A stretch of 64,000 bases of DNA from an uncultured Methanobrevibacter sp. (GCA_900320515.1 ONSJ01000002.1:2334-66333), one strand, 5' to 3'; shown: positions 21,714 through 32,847, counted from the first letter of the stretch. Notes: generated by a model not told the origin, from the letters alone. Numbers and translations are program-made.

Positions 21714-24586
21714 GCAGTGATACTTCTGAAAAAGGATTCCAAAATGATATTATTACATATCTCACAAGCACAGGATATGTGAAAAGAACTACTAATAATT
21801 ACGATGTTACTTCCTGTTTGGATATTGAACTGGTTTTGAAGTTTATTCATGCCACTCAACCTAAAGCATGGAAAAAATTTGCAAAGCATAATAAGTCTAA
21901 TGCTGAAGCGAGATTTATCATGTCTTTGGTTAGACAGATTAAGAAAAAGGGAACTATTGCTGTTTTGAGAGATGGATTCCGTGACATTGCTAAATTTGAT
22001 TTATTTTATCCAAGACCGAACAATGACTTAAATCCAGAGTTAAAAGCCAAATTCAATCAGAATATCTTTTCTGTTATTGATGAATTGGAGTATGAAAATA
22101 AAGATAAAGGTAATAGGTTAGATTTGGTTATTTTTATTAATGGTATTCCTGTTTCTACAATTGAGCTTAAAAATACTTTTACCCAAAGTGTTGATAATGC
22201 TGTTAATCAGTATAAGTTTACTCGTGATCCTCGTGAACCTTTGTTCAAGAATTGTTTAGTGCATTTTGCTATGAGTAATGAAGAAATTAAGATGGCCACT
22301 AAACTTAATGGCGCTAAAACAAGATTTTTACCATTTAACAAAGGAATTGAAAATCCTGAAGTGAAAGACGACTATAATACTTCTTACTTATATACGGAAA
22401 TACTTCAAAAGAACCAATTATCACGATTGATTAATAATTTTATATTTGAAGAAGACGAAACTGTTATCTTTCCACGTTTCCATCAATTAGATTGCGTCAA
22501 CATGCTGTTAGATAAACCAGAACCTGGCCACAACTATCTCATCCAGCATAGTGCAGGATCAGGTAAAACAAAAACTATCGCATGGTTAGCACATGGATTG
22601 CTAAACAAATTTGATGACAACAACAAAAGGATTTATGACATGGTTATTGTAATTTCTGATCGTAAAGTTATTGATGCTCAATTACAAGACCAAGTTAAAG
22701 CTATTGAAAGAAAACAAGGTGTTGTTGAAAAGATTGACAAAGACTCCAAACAGTTAGCTGAAGCTATTAAATCTGGAACTAACATTGTTGTCACCACTTT
22801 ACATAAGTTTTCATATATTTTGGATAAGATTGAAGATGTTGAGGACCGCAATTATGCAATTATTGTTGATGAGGCCCATTCTTCTCAATCAGGTTCTCAT
22901 GCAAAGCATTTACGTGAAGGTTTAACTAATGCCGAAGCAGACAAAGAAACTTTAGATGAAGCTGAAGATGAATACGATGAAGCACTATTAGATGAAATGG
23001 AAAAAAGAAGAAACACTCCTAACCTATCTTTTTTTGCATTCACAGCTACTCCAAAAGCTAGAACTTTGGAGATGTTCGGTGAAAAAGATGCTGAATTTGG
23101 TGATTTCAGACCTCATCATTTATACAGTATGAAACAAGCAATTAAAGAAGGTTTCATCCTTGATGTGTTGGAAAATTATTTGACTTATCCTACTTATTTC
23201 AAATTAGTAAAAACTGTTGAAGATGATCCCGAATTCGATGAGGACAAAGCCAAAAGGGTATTGAGAAGATTTGTTGAGCTGCATCCTCACGCAATTAAAG
23301 AAAAAACAGAAATAATGTTGGATCACTTCATGAACTCCACTATCCATAAGATTAAAGGTAGAGCAAAAGCAATGCTTGTTACAGGCAGTAGAAAAGAAGC
23401 AGTTTTATACAAATTGGAATTTGACCGACAAATCAAAGCCAGAAACTTACCAATAAAAACATTAGCAGCATTCACAGGAACAATCAAACAAGACACAATC
23501 GAATACACTGAAGCTAACATTAATGATACGAAAAAATCTGTAAAAGAAGCATTCAAAAGTGATGACTACAAGATTCTTATTGTTGCTAACAAGTTTCAAA
23601 CTGGTTTTGACGAACCTTTGCTCCATACAATGTATATTAATAAAATACTTAGAGGTGTTGCGGCAGTTCAAACATTGAGCCGTGCCAATAGGATTGCACC
23701 ACACAAAGACGATACATTAATTTTAGACTTTGTAAATGATACTGACACCATACGTGAATCATTTGAGCCATATTACGGTGAAACATCACTTGAAAAAGAA
23801 ACCGACTATCATATTCTTTATGATTTAATGGAAGAAATTTACAAAGGAATGATATTTGACGAAGAAGAAGTTGAAGAGTTTGTAAAAGCATACCAAAAAG
23901 GCGTTCATCAATCCAAATTACACAACCTCTTAGAAGAACCAGTAAAAAGGTTTAAAAGAATAACTGATGACAAAGACAAACTCCTATTCAAGAAATTACT
24001 TAGAAGATATCAAAGTTTGTATTCTTTTATGGCACAACTATTGCCATTTAGTGATTTAAGCTTAGAGAAACTTTACATTTACATCAAATTCCTAAACAGA
24101 TTACTGCCCGGCCAAGTTCCCGACATAATCCAAGGCCTACTTGATGATGTAGATATGGATTCCTATAAGATTGATACTCGTGATGAAGGAGGACCAATAA
24201 TTCTTAATGAAGGTGAAGGAGAATTAACTGGACCTACTGGTGGAATTCCAAGTGTATTTAATGATAAGGAAAAAACAAAATTATCACAAATATTGGAAGC
24301 ATTAAACGAAGCTTTTGCTACTGACTTTACAGACGAGGACAGCTTATTCGTAACACAAATAGCGAATCACATAATGTCCGATGAAGGATTCATAACCAAA
24401 GTAAAAAGCAATCCAAGAGAAAACGTAGCTGCAATATTTGGTAATATTTTTGAAGACGAGTTGGTAAACATATATGAGAGCAACGATACTTTCTACAACA
24501 AGATTAACAACAATCCAGAACTCAAAGAAAGGTTGAAAAATGATTTGTTGGATTTTGTGTATGAAGAAACTGGCGAACAAACATAA
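21710..24586 (+). CDS. hsdR: Type I R-M restriction subunit
   Basis: D-x-ELK nuclease, HSAGSGKT, DEAH, FTATP, FQTGFD, QTLSRANR. Confidence 0.96.
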   Translation: MSSDTSEKGFQNDIITYLTSTGYVKRTTNNYDVTSCLDIELVLKFIHATQPKAWKKFAKHNKSNAEARFIMSLVRQIKKKGTIAVLRDGFRDIAKFDLFYPRPNNDLNPELKAKFNQNIFSVIDELEYENKDKGNRLDLVIFINGIPVSTIELKNTFTQSVDNAVNQYKFTRDPREPLFKNCLVHFAMSNEEIKMATKLNGAKTRFLPFNKGIENPEVKDDYNTSYLYTEILQKNQLSRLINNFIFEEDETVIFPRFHQLDCVNMLLDKPEPGHNYLIQHSAGSGKTKTIAWLAHGLLNKFDDNNKRIYDMVIVISDRKVIDAQLQDQVKAIERKQGVVEKIDKDSKQLAEAIKSGTNIVVTTLHKFSYILDKIEDVEDRNYAIIVDEAHSSQSGSHAKHLREGLTNAEADKETLDEAEDEYDEALLDEMEKRRNTPNLSFFAFTATPKARTLEMFGEKDAEFGDFRPHHLYSMKQAIKEGFILDVLENYLTYPTYFKLVKTVEDDPEFDEDKAKRVLRRFVELHPHAIKEKTEIMLDHFMNSTIHKIKGRAKAMLVTGSRKEAVLYKLEFDRQIKARNLPIKTLAAFTGTIKQDTIEYTEANINDTKKSVKEAFKSDDYKILIVANKFQTGFDEPLLHTMYINKILRGVAAVQTLSRANRIAPHKDDTLILDFVNDTDTIRESFEPYYGETSLEKETDYHILYDLMEEIYKGMIFDEEEVEEFVKAYQKGVHQSKLHNLLEEPVKRFKRITDDKDKLLFKKLLRRYQSLYSFMAQLLPFSDLSLEKLYIYIKFLNRLLPGQVPDIIQGLLDDVDMDSYKIDTRDEGGPIILNEGEGELTGPTGGIPSVFNDKEKTKLSQILEALNEAFATDFTDEDSLFVTQIANHIMSDEGFITKVKSNPRENVAAIFGNIFEDELVNIYESNDTFYNKINNNPELKERLKNDLLDFVYEETGEQT

Positions 24587-24600
24587 ATGGTGTGGTTTTG

Positions 24601-25101
24601 ATGGATTTAGATTATGAAAAGGAAAGATTATTGGGTCTGATTGAAGTATATAATTTGTATGATGAAGATGAAATTAATATTAGTTTGTCTAATTTTGATT
24701 TAAATATTGAAGAAGTAGTTAATACTGATAAGCATAATCTTACAATTATTTGTGATGTCAATGCTAATTCTGATAATTTTGAAAAATATGATAAATCTAA
24801 TTCAGAAATTTGTTTAAATTATACATTAAACGATGAAGAATTCTCTACCATTCATATGGATAGTACTAGCTTTTATTTTGATGGGGGACTGTTTGAACCT
24901 GAATTTACTGGTCATAAAACAGTCAAATATACGATTTACGATATAAATTTAGATAAAATTGAGGAAATCATTATTGATATCGAAGCATTTTTATATGAAA
25001 AAGAAGATGATAACGACGAAGGAATAGAAATTGTTATTGAATTTGACCAGGAGAAGTTTGAAAATGAGTTACGCAAGCTTGGATTTACAAAACACGATTG
25101 A
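24601..25101 (+). CDS. Acidic hypothetical protein within the defence operon
   Basis: Open 166-codon frame from ATG 24601, D/E-rich; overlaps the start of the next gene. Confidence 0.65.
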   Translation: MDLDYEKERLLGLIEVYNLYDEDEINISLSNFDLNIEEVVNTDKHNLTIICDVNANSDNFEKYDKSNSEICLNYTLNDEEFSTIHMDSTSFYFDGGLFEPEFTGHKTVKYTIYDINLDKIEEIIIDIEAFLYEKEDDNDEGIEIVIEFDQEKFENELRKLGFTKHD

Positions 25102-28100
25102 AGGTTTAAGAGATAACCTTTTGGATATGAGTTTGAGAAATAACTTGTTGAATTTTAGACCTAGGAAAAAGAATATTGAAATCGTTGATGAAGACATTGC
25201 TTCTTTGTACAATATTCTTGTTGTTAACGAACAAAAGATGAGATTCCTATCTAATGAAACTCTTGATGAAGATGCATTGTTAGATAATACTTGGGATTCC
25301 AATGCTGAATTAAAAGATACTCATGTAGATAAATTTCTCCAAACAAAATATGATGAAGACGAATTACAAAAAAAATTAACTCATCTTTACCGTGACAATA
25401 AAACAGTTCTTGAAGAACAAGGTTACAATGATTTCTATTTGGCATTAGGTTTCTTGGAATGGAAAGAAATTGACTATGAAGAGGGCATTCATAAAGCCCC
25501 ATTGGTTTTAGTTCCAATGACTATTGAAAGAAGTTCAATTTCAAAACCATTTACTGTTAATTGGAATGGTGATGAAGTAAGGTCTAATTTGTCATTGATA
25601 TACAAACTTCAAGAACAAGGTGTTGAAATACCTGACTTTGAAGAATTTGAATCAGAACAAGATCTGATAACTTATTTCAAAGAAATAGAGTCCATTATAT
25701 CCAATAAACCTGGTTGGAAAATATCTAAAGATATTTTTTTATCTAGTTTTAATTTTAAAAAGTTTGTAATGTTTAAAGACTTGAATTTGGATAATTGGGC
25801 AGGAATAAAGAACCATCCGATTAAAAGTTTATTTTATGTTGATGAACATGACTTTGATTCGGATGATGAATTAGATTTAAATTCAATGAGTTCAACGGAA
25901 ATATATAATGTTGTGGATGCTGATTCGTCCCAACTTGCAGTTTTGGAGGAGGCAAAGAAGGGTAAAAATCTTGTTGTTGAGGGTCCTCCTGGAACGGGCA
26001 AATCTCAAACTATTGTTAATTTGATTGCGGAATTAATGGCAAGAGGCCAAACAGTATTATTTGTAAGTGAAAAGAAAGCAGCGTTAGATGTTGTAAAAAC
26101 AAGACTGGATAGTGTTGGATTAGGCGAAGGATGTTTAGAGCTCCATGGTAAAAATTCCAACAAAAAAGAGTTCTTAAATGAAATAGAACGTACTTTAAAA
26201 ATTGATGCTGTAGAACTTTCAGATGAAAGTGATTTCAGACATTTGGATGAAATAAAAGACGATTTAGATGAATATGTGGACAAATTACATACTATCTATA
26301 AAGATACTGAGTTGACTCCATTCCAGTTAATTGGAATATATGAATATCGCAGCCAAGAACTTATTAATAATGACCAAGAGCTGTTAAAATTAGATATTGA
26401 TGATGTTTCACAGTTAGATAAAGAAAAAAGAGGAGAGATAGTCAGGAAATTGGATGAAATTGTTAAATATTATGATTTGATATCTCCTGTTGCGGATAAT
26501 GTGTGGAGAAATACTTCCCCAGATAATCTAAGTTCACCAGAGGTTAAAGAATTAGCTGAAAAGTTAGAAGAGTTATCTAATACATTAACCCAATTTGATG
26601 AAGTAGATACAAACATTCATGAATTGATTGGTGTTGATAAATTAAATAGTCTAAATATCGAACCATTGATATCTAACTCAAAAATACTTCGACCAAATTT
26701 AAAACTGTTAAAAGATGGTGATGATTTAGAAAAACTAGTTAATAACATAGCCATATTCCAAGACAAAATTGGCAATACTGATTTGGATGTGATGGATTTA
26801 GATTTAGATGCAATGAAAAATGAAATTGATACATTATTAGGAAATATTGATGGCTTAAACATCAACATGGAAATTGTAGATAAAGAAGACTTTAAAACAA
26901 TAAGTGATGATTTCAAATCAAACAAAAACATAATTGAAGAATCTAACTTAGAACAAGCCCTTACAAATCCAAATCTTGAAGCAGAATTCAATGAATTCAA
27001 AACTAAAAGAAGTTCTTTCATTAAACGATTAATTGATGGCAATTACAAAAGAATCAAAAACAATTTTAAAAGTTATTATACTACAGATGTCAGTGATGAT
27101 CAAATTGAAAGTGATTTTGAAAAGGTTATTACCGCCAATAATGATTTGACTAAATTAAGAAATAAGATATCCGCATATTCCAAATCAGAAACTAACAATG
27201 ATGATAAAATTGTTGTAGAATCTGAAAAGTTATTGTCATGGGTTTCTGAATTAGATAGAATTAAATCCAATTTATCATCATATCAAGTTTCAGTGCAAAA
27301 TAACACCATTAAAGAGAAAGTTAACACTCTTATTGAACTAAAAGCACTACTCCAAGAAATTGAAAGCATGGCAGATATTGGTGCATATTACTTCAATGAT
27401 GATTGGGAATCTCATAAGTCTAATGTTCGAAAACTCAAAGAACAATTAAACAATATTCAAGAATTCAAAAAACAATATAATTCCAACTATTTTAATGATA
27501 TAACAATAGAATTCATTGAATCCAATCAATTTGACAAATTGGATACCTATTTAAATGAATTTTCCAATCTCAAAACTAAAATCGAAAAGCAATATGAGGA
27601 CATTAATAACAGATTACATTTTAAAAATGAACTTGCAGTAACTAGTATAGATGTTGCAAATATTCCTGAAATGAAAAGCAATACTGAATTGCTATTGGAA
27701 CATATTGAAAACTTAAATGATTATAGGTTATTTACAAAGTATTGTAATGAATATGCTGACAAATACGCAAAACAGCTAATTGAATACATCAAAGCAGATA
27801 AAATAAAATCCAATATGGTAACTAGCTTATTTTACTACAATTTCTCCAATATATCTTTAAAAGACATCTTCACAAACGACTCTGTATTGGATGAATTCAA
27901 TTCCACATTACATGAGGAAAAATTATCCAAATTTAAAAAATTAGATAAAAACATAATTGAATCCAATAAATACAGAGTTCGTGAAGTGTTGGGTAGAAAC
28001 AGGCCTAACATGTCAATTGCCGCAGGGCCAACATCTAGTTTAGGCATATTAAAAAGAGAAATGGGTAAAAAAAGAAAAATTAAACCAATCAGAAGGATTT

Positions 28101-30022
28101 TAACTGAAACCAATGACATTATCTCTTATATAAAACCTTGCTTTATGATGTCTCCATTGTCTATTGCACAATACTTGGATCCTAAAATATATGAATCTTA
28201 CTTTGATTATGTTATTTTTGACGAAGCTAGTCAAGTAAAAATTGAAGATTCAATAGGTGCTATGCTAAGAGGTAACAGATACATCGTTATGGGAGACACC
28301 AAGCAATTACCTCCAACAACTTTCTTTGAAAAAGAATTGGATATTGATGAAGACGATGATGAAGAAAACTTAACTGACAATATTGAAAGTATTCTACACT
28401 TATGTAAAAATACATTTGAAGTAAAAATGCTCAAATGGCACTACAGAAGCCGCCACGAATCATTAATATCTGTTTCCAATCAAGAATTCTATAACAATGA
28501 ATTATATGTGTTCCCATCTCCTACAAAAGAATCAGAAGACCTTGGACTTAAATTTGTATATGATCCATCAACAGTCTATGACCGTGGTGGTGGAACAAAC
28601 AATGTTAAAGAAGCAGAAAATGTTGTGGAATATGCATTTGATTGCTTTAGAAAATGGGGCAACTCTAGAAGTTTAGGTATTGGAACATTCAACTTAAAAC
28701 AAAGAAATACAATAATGGACATATTAGAAAAGAAACTAAAAGATAATCCTGACTTAGAACACTTCTTCAATGAAGATGGTGAAGAAGGATTCTTTGTTAA
28801 AAACCTTGAAAACATACAAGGTGATGAAAGAGACATTATACTCATAAGTGTAGGCTATGGAATTGATCAGAATAACAAACTATCCTTAAGTTTCGGACCT
28901 TTAAATAAAGAAGGTGGTGAAAGAAGACTGAATGTATTGATTACAAGAGCAAAAAAACAATGCGTTGTATTTTCTAACTTCAAGTCTTCATTAATGCATA
29001 CAACTGAAAAAACACCAAGAGGGGTTGAAGCACTCAAAACCTTCCTTTACTATGCTGAAAATGGAGAATTCCCAGAAAACTACCACACAGGAGATGATTT
29101 CGACTCACCATTTGAAGAAGCAGTATATAACTTCTTAACTGATGAAGGATACACAGTTGAAAAACAAGTTGGCTGCGCAGGATACAAAATAGATCTAGCA
29201 ATTGTTGATAAAGATGACTCAAATAAATATATTCTGGGAATTGAATGTGATGGTGCAACATACCATTCATCACCATTAGCAAGGGACAGAGATAGGCTTA
29301 GACAAGAAGTTCTTGAAGGCCTTGGGTGGAAATTCCATAGGATATGGTCTACCGATTGGTATCATGTCAATCAAACTGCAAAAGAAAGATTATTAAATGC
29401 AGTAGAAGATGCAATGAAAAATAAAGATAACAAAATGATTGCCGAGAAATTTGAAAGCAATTACAAGCCAAACGTTGTTGTTAAAACACAAGAAGATAAA
29501 AAACAAGAAGAATTAGACAAGTATTTTGAAGAATATGAAAAATATTATGCATATAGTCCTTATCCTTTAACAAATGTTGTGGGATTGGTAGAAACTGAAG
29601 GCCCTATCCATAAAGAGGATATTTATGACTTTATGAAAGTTGAAATGAATAGAAAAGCAACTAAAAGTTTTAAAACCGAAATCGATGGATATTTACTAAA
29701 TGCAATCAGAAGTAATTTAATTGAACGAGACTATGAGTTTTATATGCCAAATAATTTCGATTTTGATGGAATGAAAGTTAGAAGAAGGGAGTCTCCAAAA
29801 ATTGATCGTATCCATCCAAAAGAGATTGAAAAATCAATTATTTACACATTAAAACTACAATATTCGTCTTCAAAAGATGATTTAATCAAATCTGCTTCAA
29901 CATATTTAGGTTTTAAATCTCTACGTTCAAATGTTAAACAAGTATTAAACAGTTTTGTGCAAGAAATGGTATCTGAAAAAGTTTTAAATGATAATAATGG
30001 AACTATAGAGTTAAATGAATAA
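25064..30022 (+). CDS. DUF4011-SF1 (UPF1-like) helicase-Vsr-like nuclease (Hhe-type defence protein)
   Basis: LLDMSLRNNLLNF (DUF4011), GPPGTGKSQT, DEASQ, GDTKQLPP, HYRS, QGDERD, RRLNV.ITRA, FDSPFE..IDLAI..IECDG. Confidence 0.9.
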   Translation: MSYASLDLQNTIEGLRDNLLDMSLRNNLLNFRPRKKNIEIVDEDIASLYNILVVNEQKMRFLSNETLDEDALLDNTWDSNAELKDTHVDKFLQTKYDEDELQKKLTHLYRDNKTVLEEQGYNDFYLALGFLEWKEIDYEEGIHKAPLVLVPMTIERSSISKPFTVNWNGDEVRSNLSLIYKLQEQGVEIPDFEEFESEQDLITYFKEIESIISNKPGWKISKDIFLSSFNFKKFVMFKDLNLDNWAGIKNHPIKSLFYVDEHDFDSDDELDLNSMSSTEIYNVVDADSSQLAVLEEAKKGKNLVVEGPPGTGKSQTIVNLIAELMARGQTVLFVSEKKAALDVVKTRLDSVGLGEGCLELHGKNSNKKEFLNEIERTLKIDAVELSDESDFRHLDEIKDDLDEYVDKLHTIYKDTELTPFQLIGIYEYRSQELINNDQELLKLDIDDVSQLDKEKRGEIVRKLDEIVKYYDLISPVADNVWRNTSPDNLSSPEVKELAEKLEELSNTLTQFDEVDTNIHELIGVDKLNSLNIEPLISNSKILRPNLKLLKDGDDLEKLVNNIAIFQDKIGNTDLDVMDLDLDAMKNEIDTLLGNIDGLNINMEIVDKEDFKTISDDFKSNKNIIEESNLEQALTNPNLEAEFNEFKTKRSSFIKRLIDGNYKRIKNNFKSYYTTDVSDDQIESDFEKVITANNDLTKLRNKISAYSKSETNNDDKIVVESEKLLSWVSELDRIKSNLSSYQVSVQNNTIKEKVNTLIELKALLQEIESMADIGAYYFNDDWESHKSNVRKLKEQLNNIQEFKKQYNSNYFNDITIEFIESNQFDKLDTYLNEFSNLKTKIEKQYEDINNRLHFKNELAVTSIDVANIPEMKSNTELLLEHIENLNDYRLFTKYCNEYADKYAKQLIEYIKADKIKSNMVTSLFYYNFSNISLKDIFTNDSVLDEFNSTLHEEKLSKFKKLDKNIIESNKYRVREVLGRNRPNMSIAAGPTSSLGILKREMGKKRKIKPIRRILTETNDIISYIKPCFMMSPLSIAQYLDPKIYESYFDYVIFDEASQVKIEDSIGAMLRGNRYIVMGDTKQLPPTTFFEKELDIDEDDDEENLTDNIESILHLCKNTFEVKMLKWHYRSRHESLISVSNQEFYNNELYVFPSPTKESEDLGLKFVYDPSTVYDRGGGTNNVKEAENVVEYAFDCFRKWGNSRSLGIGTFNLKQRNTIMDILEKKLKDNPDLEHFFNEDGEEGFFVKNLENIQGDERDIILISVGYGIDQNNKLSLSFGPLNKEGGERRLNVLITRAKKQCVVFSNFKSSLMHTTEKTPRGVEALKTFLYYAENGEFPENYHTGDDFDSPFEEAVYNFLTDEGYTVEKQVGCAGYKIDLAIVDKDDSNKYILGIECDGATYHSSPLARDRDRLRQEVLEGLGWKFHRIWSTDWYHVNQTAKERLLNAVEDAMKNKDNKMIAEKFESNYKPNVVVKTQEDKKQEELDKYFEEYEKYYAYSPYPLTNVVGLVETEGPIHKEDIYDFMKVEMNRKATKSFKTEIDGYLLNAIRSNLIERDYEFYMPNNFDFDGMKVRRRESPKIDRIHPKEIEKSIIYTLKLQYSSSKDDLIKSASTYLGFKSLRSNVKQVLNSFVQEMVSEKVLNDNNGTIELNE

Positions 30023-30042
30023 ATAAACATGGTTGTGGTACT

Positions 30043-30924
30043 GTGGGTCGAGCAGGTATCTTCGTTCTTAGAAATACAACAACTGGAGAGCAATATGTGG
30101 GTCAATCAAAAGATATTGACAACCAAAGAAAAAAGCAAGATAGCCTAATGCGAAATGGAAGGCATTATAACAGTTATATTCAACAAGATTATAATCGAGG
30201 GCATCGATTTTCATTTAGTGTTTTGGAATATTGTACTCAATCTCAATTAAACCAACGCAAAAACTATTGGATACGTCAATTAAATACATTTAACCAAGGT
30301 TATAATCAAACTGGCCGTAACAGAAATAAGACAATGAGAACATCACGACCTTCATATACATCTTATAGTTCAACATCTAATCAAATTAGTCCTAATATAA
30401 AAAAAGAGATTAAATCAAATCCTCCTCAAGGTAAAACTGATGGAGAAAAGAAAATCTCCCAAGATAAATTACAATCTGCTTTAGACAAATATAACCGAAG
30501 ATTTAATCGATTAGCAAGATGGTTGAAGTTTAGATATTTAATATTATTTTTGATTATAATATGGATTTTCCCACCAATTGTTGCCAATTTATCATTAATT
30601 ATACTTGCAATTGTATGGATTGGCATATTTTTAGCTAAAAATGAATATAATTCTCAAGTTGATGAGTTAAATCAATATGGTTTTGATTATAAAAAAATAG
30701 ATCATACTACGATTAAAGCAATAAAATTATTAAGTGGAGAAGATTTAGAGAATGATTTTAGCAAACCTAAAGGGAATATAAATTCAAATGATGATGCTGA
30801 TGACAAAAAAGATATTGTTACTACAAAAAAAGAGTTTAAATGGAAAAAATGTCCATCATGTAATCATTTGTTAAATAGTGTGGCTAAAAAATGCCCTTAT
30901 TGTGAGCATGTTTTTGAAGAATGA
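30043..30924 (+). CDS. GIY-YIG-like domain + 2 TM + C-terminal zinc ribbon
   Basis: GIFVLRN..GEQYVGQS...GYN; hydrophobic LILFLIIIWIF..LSLIILAIVWIGIFL; CPSC..CPYC. Confidence 0.75.
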   Translation: MGRAGIFVLRNTTTGEQYVGQSKDIDNQRKKQDSLMRNGRHYNSYIQQDYNRGHRFSFSVLEYCTQSQLNQRKNYWIRQLNTFNQGYNQTGRNRNKTMRTSRPSYTSYSSTSNQISPNIKKEIKSNPPQGKTDGEKKISQDKLQSALDKYNRRFNRLARWLKFRYLILFLIIIWIFPPIVANLSLIILAIVWIGIFLAKNEYNSQVDELNQYGFDYKKIDHTTIKAIKLLSGEDLENDFSKPKGNINSNDDADDKKDIVTTKKEFKWKKCPSCNHLLNSVAKKCPYCEHVFEE

Positions 30925-31185
30925 TTACTCTAAGTGTTCTACTATCTCTTCACCTAAACTAGTAAGTCTGTAAAGCCTTCCTTTTCTGAAATCTTCATTG
31001 ATGCATTCTGCAACTCCAGTTTCCTTTAACTCTTTAAGAACTTTTGAAATATGATTTGTCCTGATTCCTGCATCTGCAGCTATATTTGTTGGTGTCTTAA
31101 CGTCATCTTTTAGTGCTTTTACAGTCTTAACACGATAAGAACTGATATTTACATAAGCGTAAGTCTTTAAAGTTTCATCATCGAT
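30925..31185 (-). CDS. Winged-helix (ArsR/MarR-like) regulator, missing from ORF track; apparent ATC start
   Basis: IDDETLKTYAYVNISSYRVKTVKAL...TPTNIAADAGIRTNHISKVLKEL...RKGRLYRLTSLG; paralogue of 37513-37788; GGAGG 8 nt upstream of ATC. Confidence 0.8.
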   Translation of the reverse strand: MDDETLKTYAYVNISSYRVKTVKALKDDVKTPTNIAADAGIRTNHISKVLKELKETGVAECINEDFRKGRLYRLTSLGEEIVEHLE

Positions 31186-31414
31186 AGTACCATCCTCCGT
31201 TTATACACATAATATTAACTTGATTAAAATATATAAGTTTATCTATACGAATAGGAACAATTGAAGGAATTTTTCATTGACTGATTATAATAACAAATAT
31301 GTCCATCATTAAAACATACTTCCAATCAATAACTATCAAAAATATGAAGGCATTCCTTCGTTAAAACAAAGCCAATGTGCATAGGGATAATCATGATGAC
31401 AATGATTATCGCAA

Positions 31415-32845
31415 TTAAGCAATCCTTTTCCATATAAATACGGCAATATAAGGAGGCATATTCTTACCCACTCCATCATCAGATGATCCTGCTGTTGATA
31501 CATTATGAGTATGGCCCCCTTCAGAATTAACATTATTCAATTTGGTAGTAGCATGTTTAGTCCAATTAACAACATTACTGCTTGAAGAAACAGAACTTCC
31601 AGCATTCCAAATATCATGTTGGCCAGTATGGGTATGGCCTCCGCCATTAACAGTGTGGGAATGCTTAATTAATTCTGAATTTGCAGAACCTCCTACACTA
31701 CCATCAATATATGTATCTCCTGAAGCAAGCAGAAACCTATCCTTAATTTGCTCCCATGTACCGCCAAAAAGAGATGAAGGATTAATAGAATTGGTAGAGA
31801 TGTAAATTGCACCGATGGGGTATGGATTCATGCAGTTTTCTTGTATTGTTAAATTTTTGAAATAGACACTTTTATCTGCTGAACCGCTTGAAAATTTTCC
31901 TGATCCCATGTAAAAATAATATGAGCCGCTGAAAGAATATGAATCTGTACGATTATATGTTTTCTCACTAACAATGGCATTAGTGCTTAAATTTGTTAAA
32001 CAATAATATGCTTGAGTGTCCGTTAGGCGAAAAGTGTAACGATATTGAACATTATTTTCTACATTTCCAAGATGATCACCATATTTAACACTACTTGTTT
32101 CAAATCCACCATACCCATATGCTAATCTGCCTTGTCCTGTAATAATCCATGCTCCATAACTATTAAAACCGCCACCATTATCCAAGACTGTTTTATCACA
32201 TACTCTTATTCCGAAATCATCATTTCCCATTCCTGTTGTATAGAAATCCACACTAATGCTGAAGTTATTAGATGGTGCACTAAATGGAATAGTTAAGTAA
32301 TAACCGTGGCCAGTGTTACTTGTGGTGCCTTCATTAACTCTTATCCTTGTAAAACCAGTTGATTTATCATAAGTAACACTATGAGTGCAATCTTTCCGAA
32401 TGCTATTTGGCATATGTTCATCAGCTAAATATAATGAACCTACGTCAGATATGTTAACGTAATTGCTATGTGTATGATTTGGTGTTGCATATAAAGGAGA
32501 AATTGGATGCGTATGGTCTGCCTTTGCCCAAGTATCACTGCTTCCAATACTCCCATTACTTGTATCTGCATCAGGAACAGTAGAGGATGCTATAGGAATT
32601 ATTGGCTTATCTGTTAAATTATTATAAGAACAAGTGTGAACGTGATCTGCTCTTGCATAATAACCATTGTCTGTGCCGGCACTTGAAGAGACACCAATAG
32701 TTTGTGGTGCGCCTCCTGCTTTGACATGCCCAAATTTAGTTGAAGAAGCATGATTATCATGAGCCGCTATTTTTCGATCAATTATATTGGATATACTTGT
32801 TGTTACATTTGTTATTGTTTGTTTCATTGAATTTGATAATGTCAT
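31415..32845 (-). CDS. Virus tail-fibre/baseplate-like protein (HxH repeats, lectin-like core, T4 gp10-C-like end)
   Basis: ARADHVH, AKADHTH, NHTH repeats; C-terminus YPIGAIYIS..NPSSLFGGTWEQI..RFL..HSHT..HTH..NMPPYIAVFIWKR. Confidence 0.75.
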   Translation of the reverse strand: MTLSNSMKQTITNVTTSISNIIDRKIAAHDNHASSTKFGHVKAGGAPQTIGVSSSAGTDNGYYARADHVHTCSYNNLTDKPIIPIASSTVPDADTSNGSIGSSDTWAKADHTHPISPLYATPNHTHSNYVNISDVGSLYLADEHMPNSIRKDCTHSVTYDKSTGFTRIRVNEGTTSNTGHGYYLTIPFSAPSNNFSISVDFYTTGMGNDDFGIRVCDKTVLDNGGGFNSYGAWIITGQGRLAYGYGGFETSSVKYGDHLGNVENNVQYRYTFRLTDTQAYYCLTNLSTNAIVSEKTYNRTDSYSFSGSYYFYMGSGKFSSGSADKSVYFKNLTIQENCMNPYPIGAIYISTNSINPSSLFGGTWEQIKDRFLLASGDTYIDGSVGGSANSELIKHSHTVNGGGHTHTGQHDIWNAGSSVSSSSNVVNWTKHATTKLNNVNSEGGHTHNVSTAGSSDDGVGKNMPPYIAVFIWKRIA

Positions 32846-32847
32846 TT

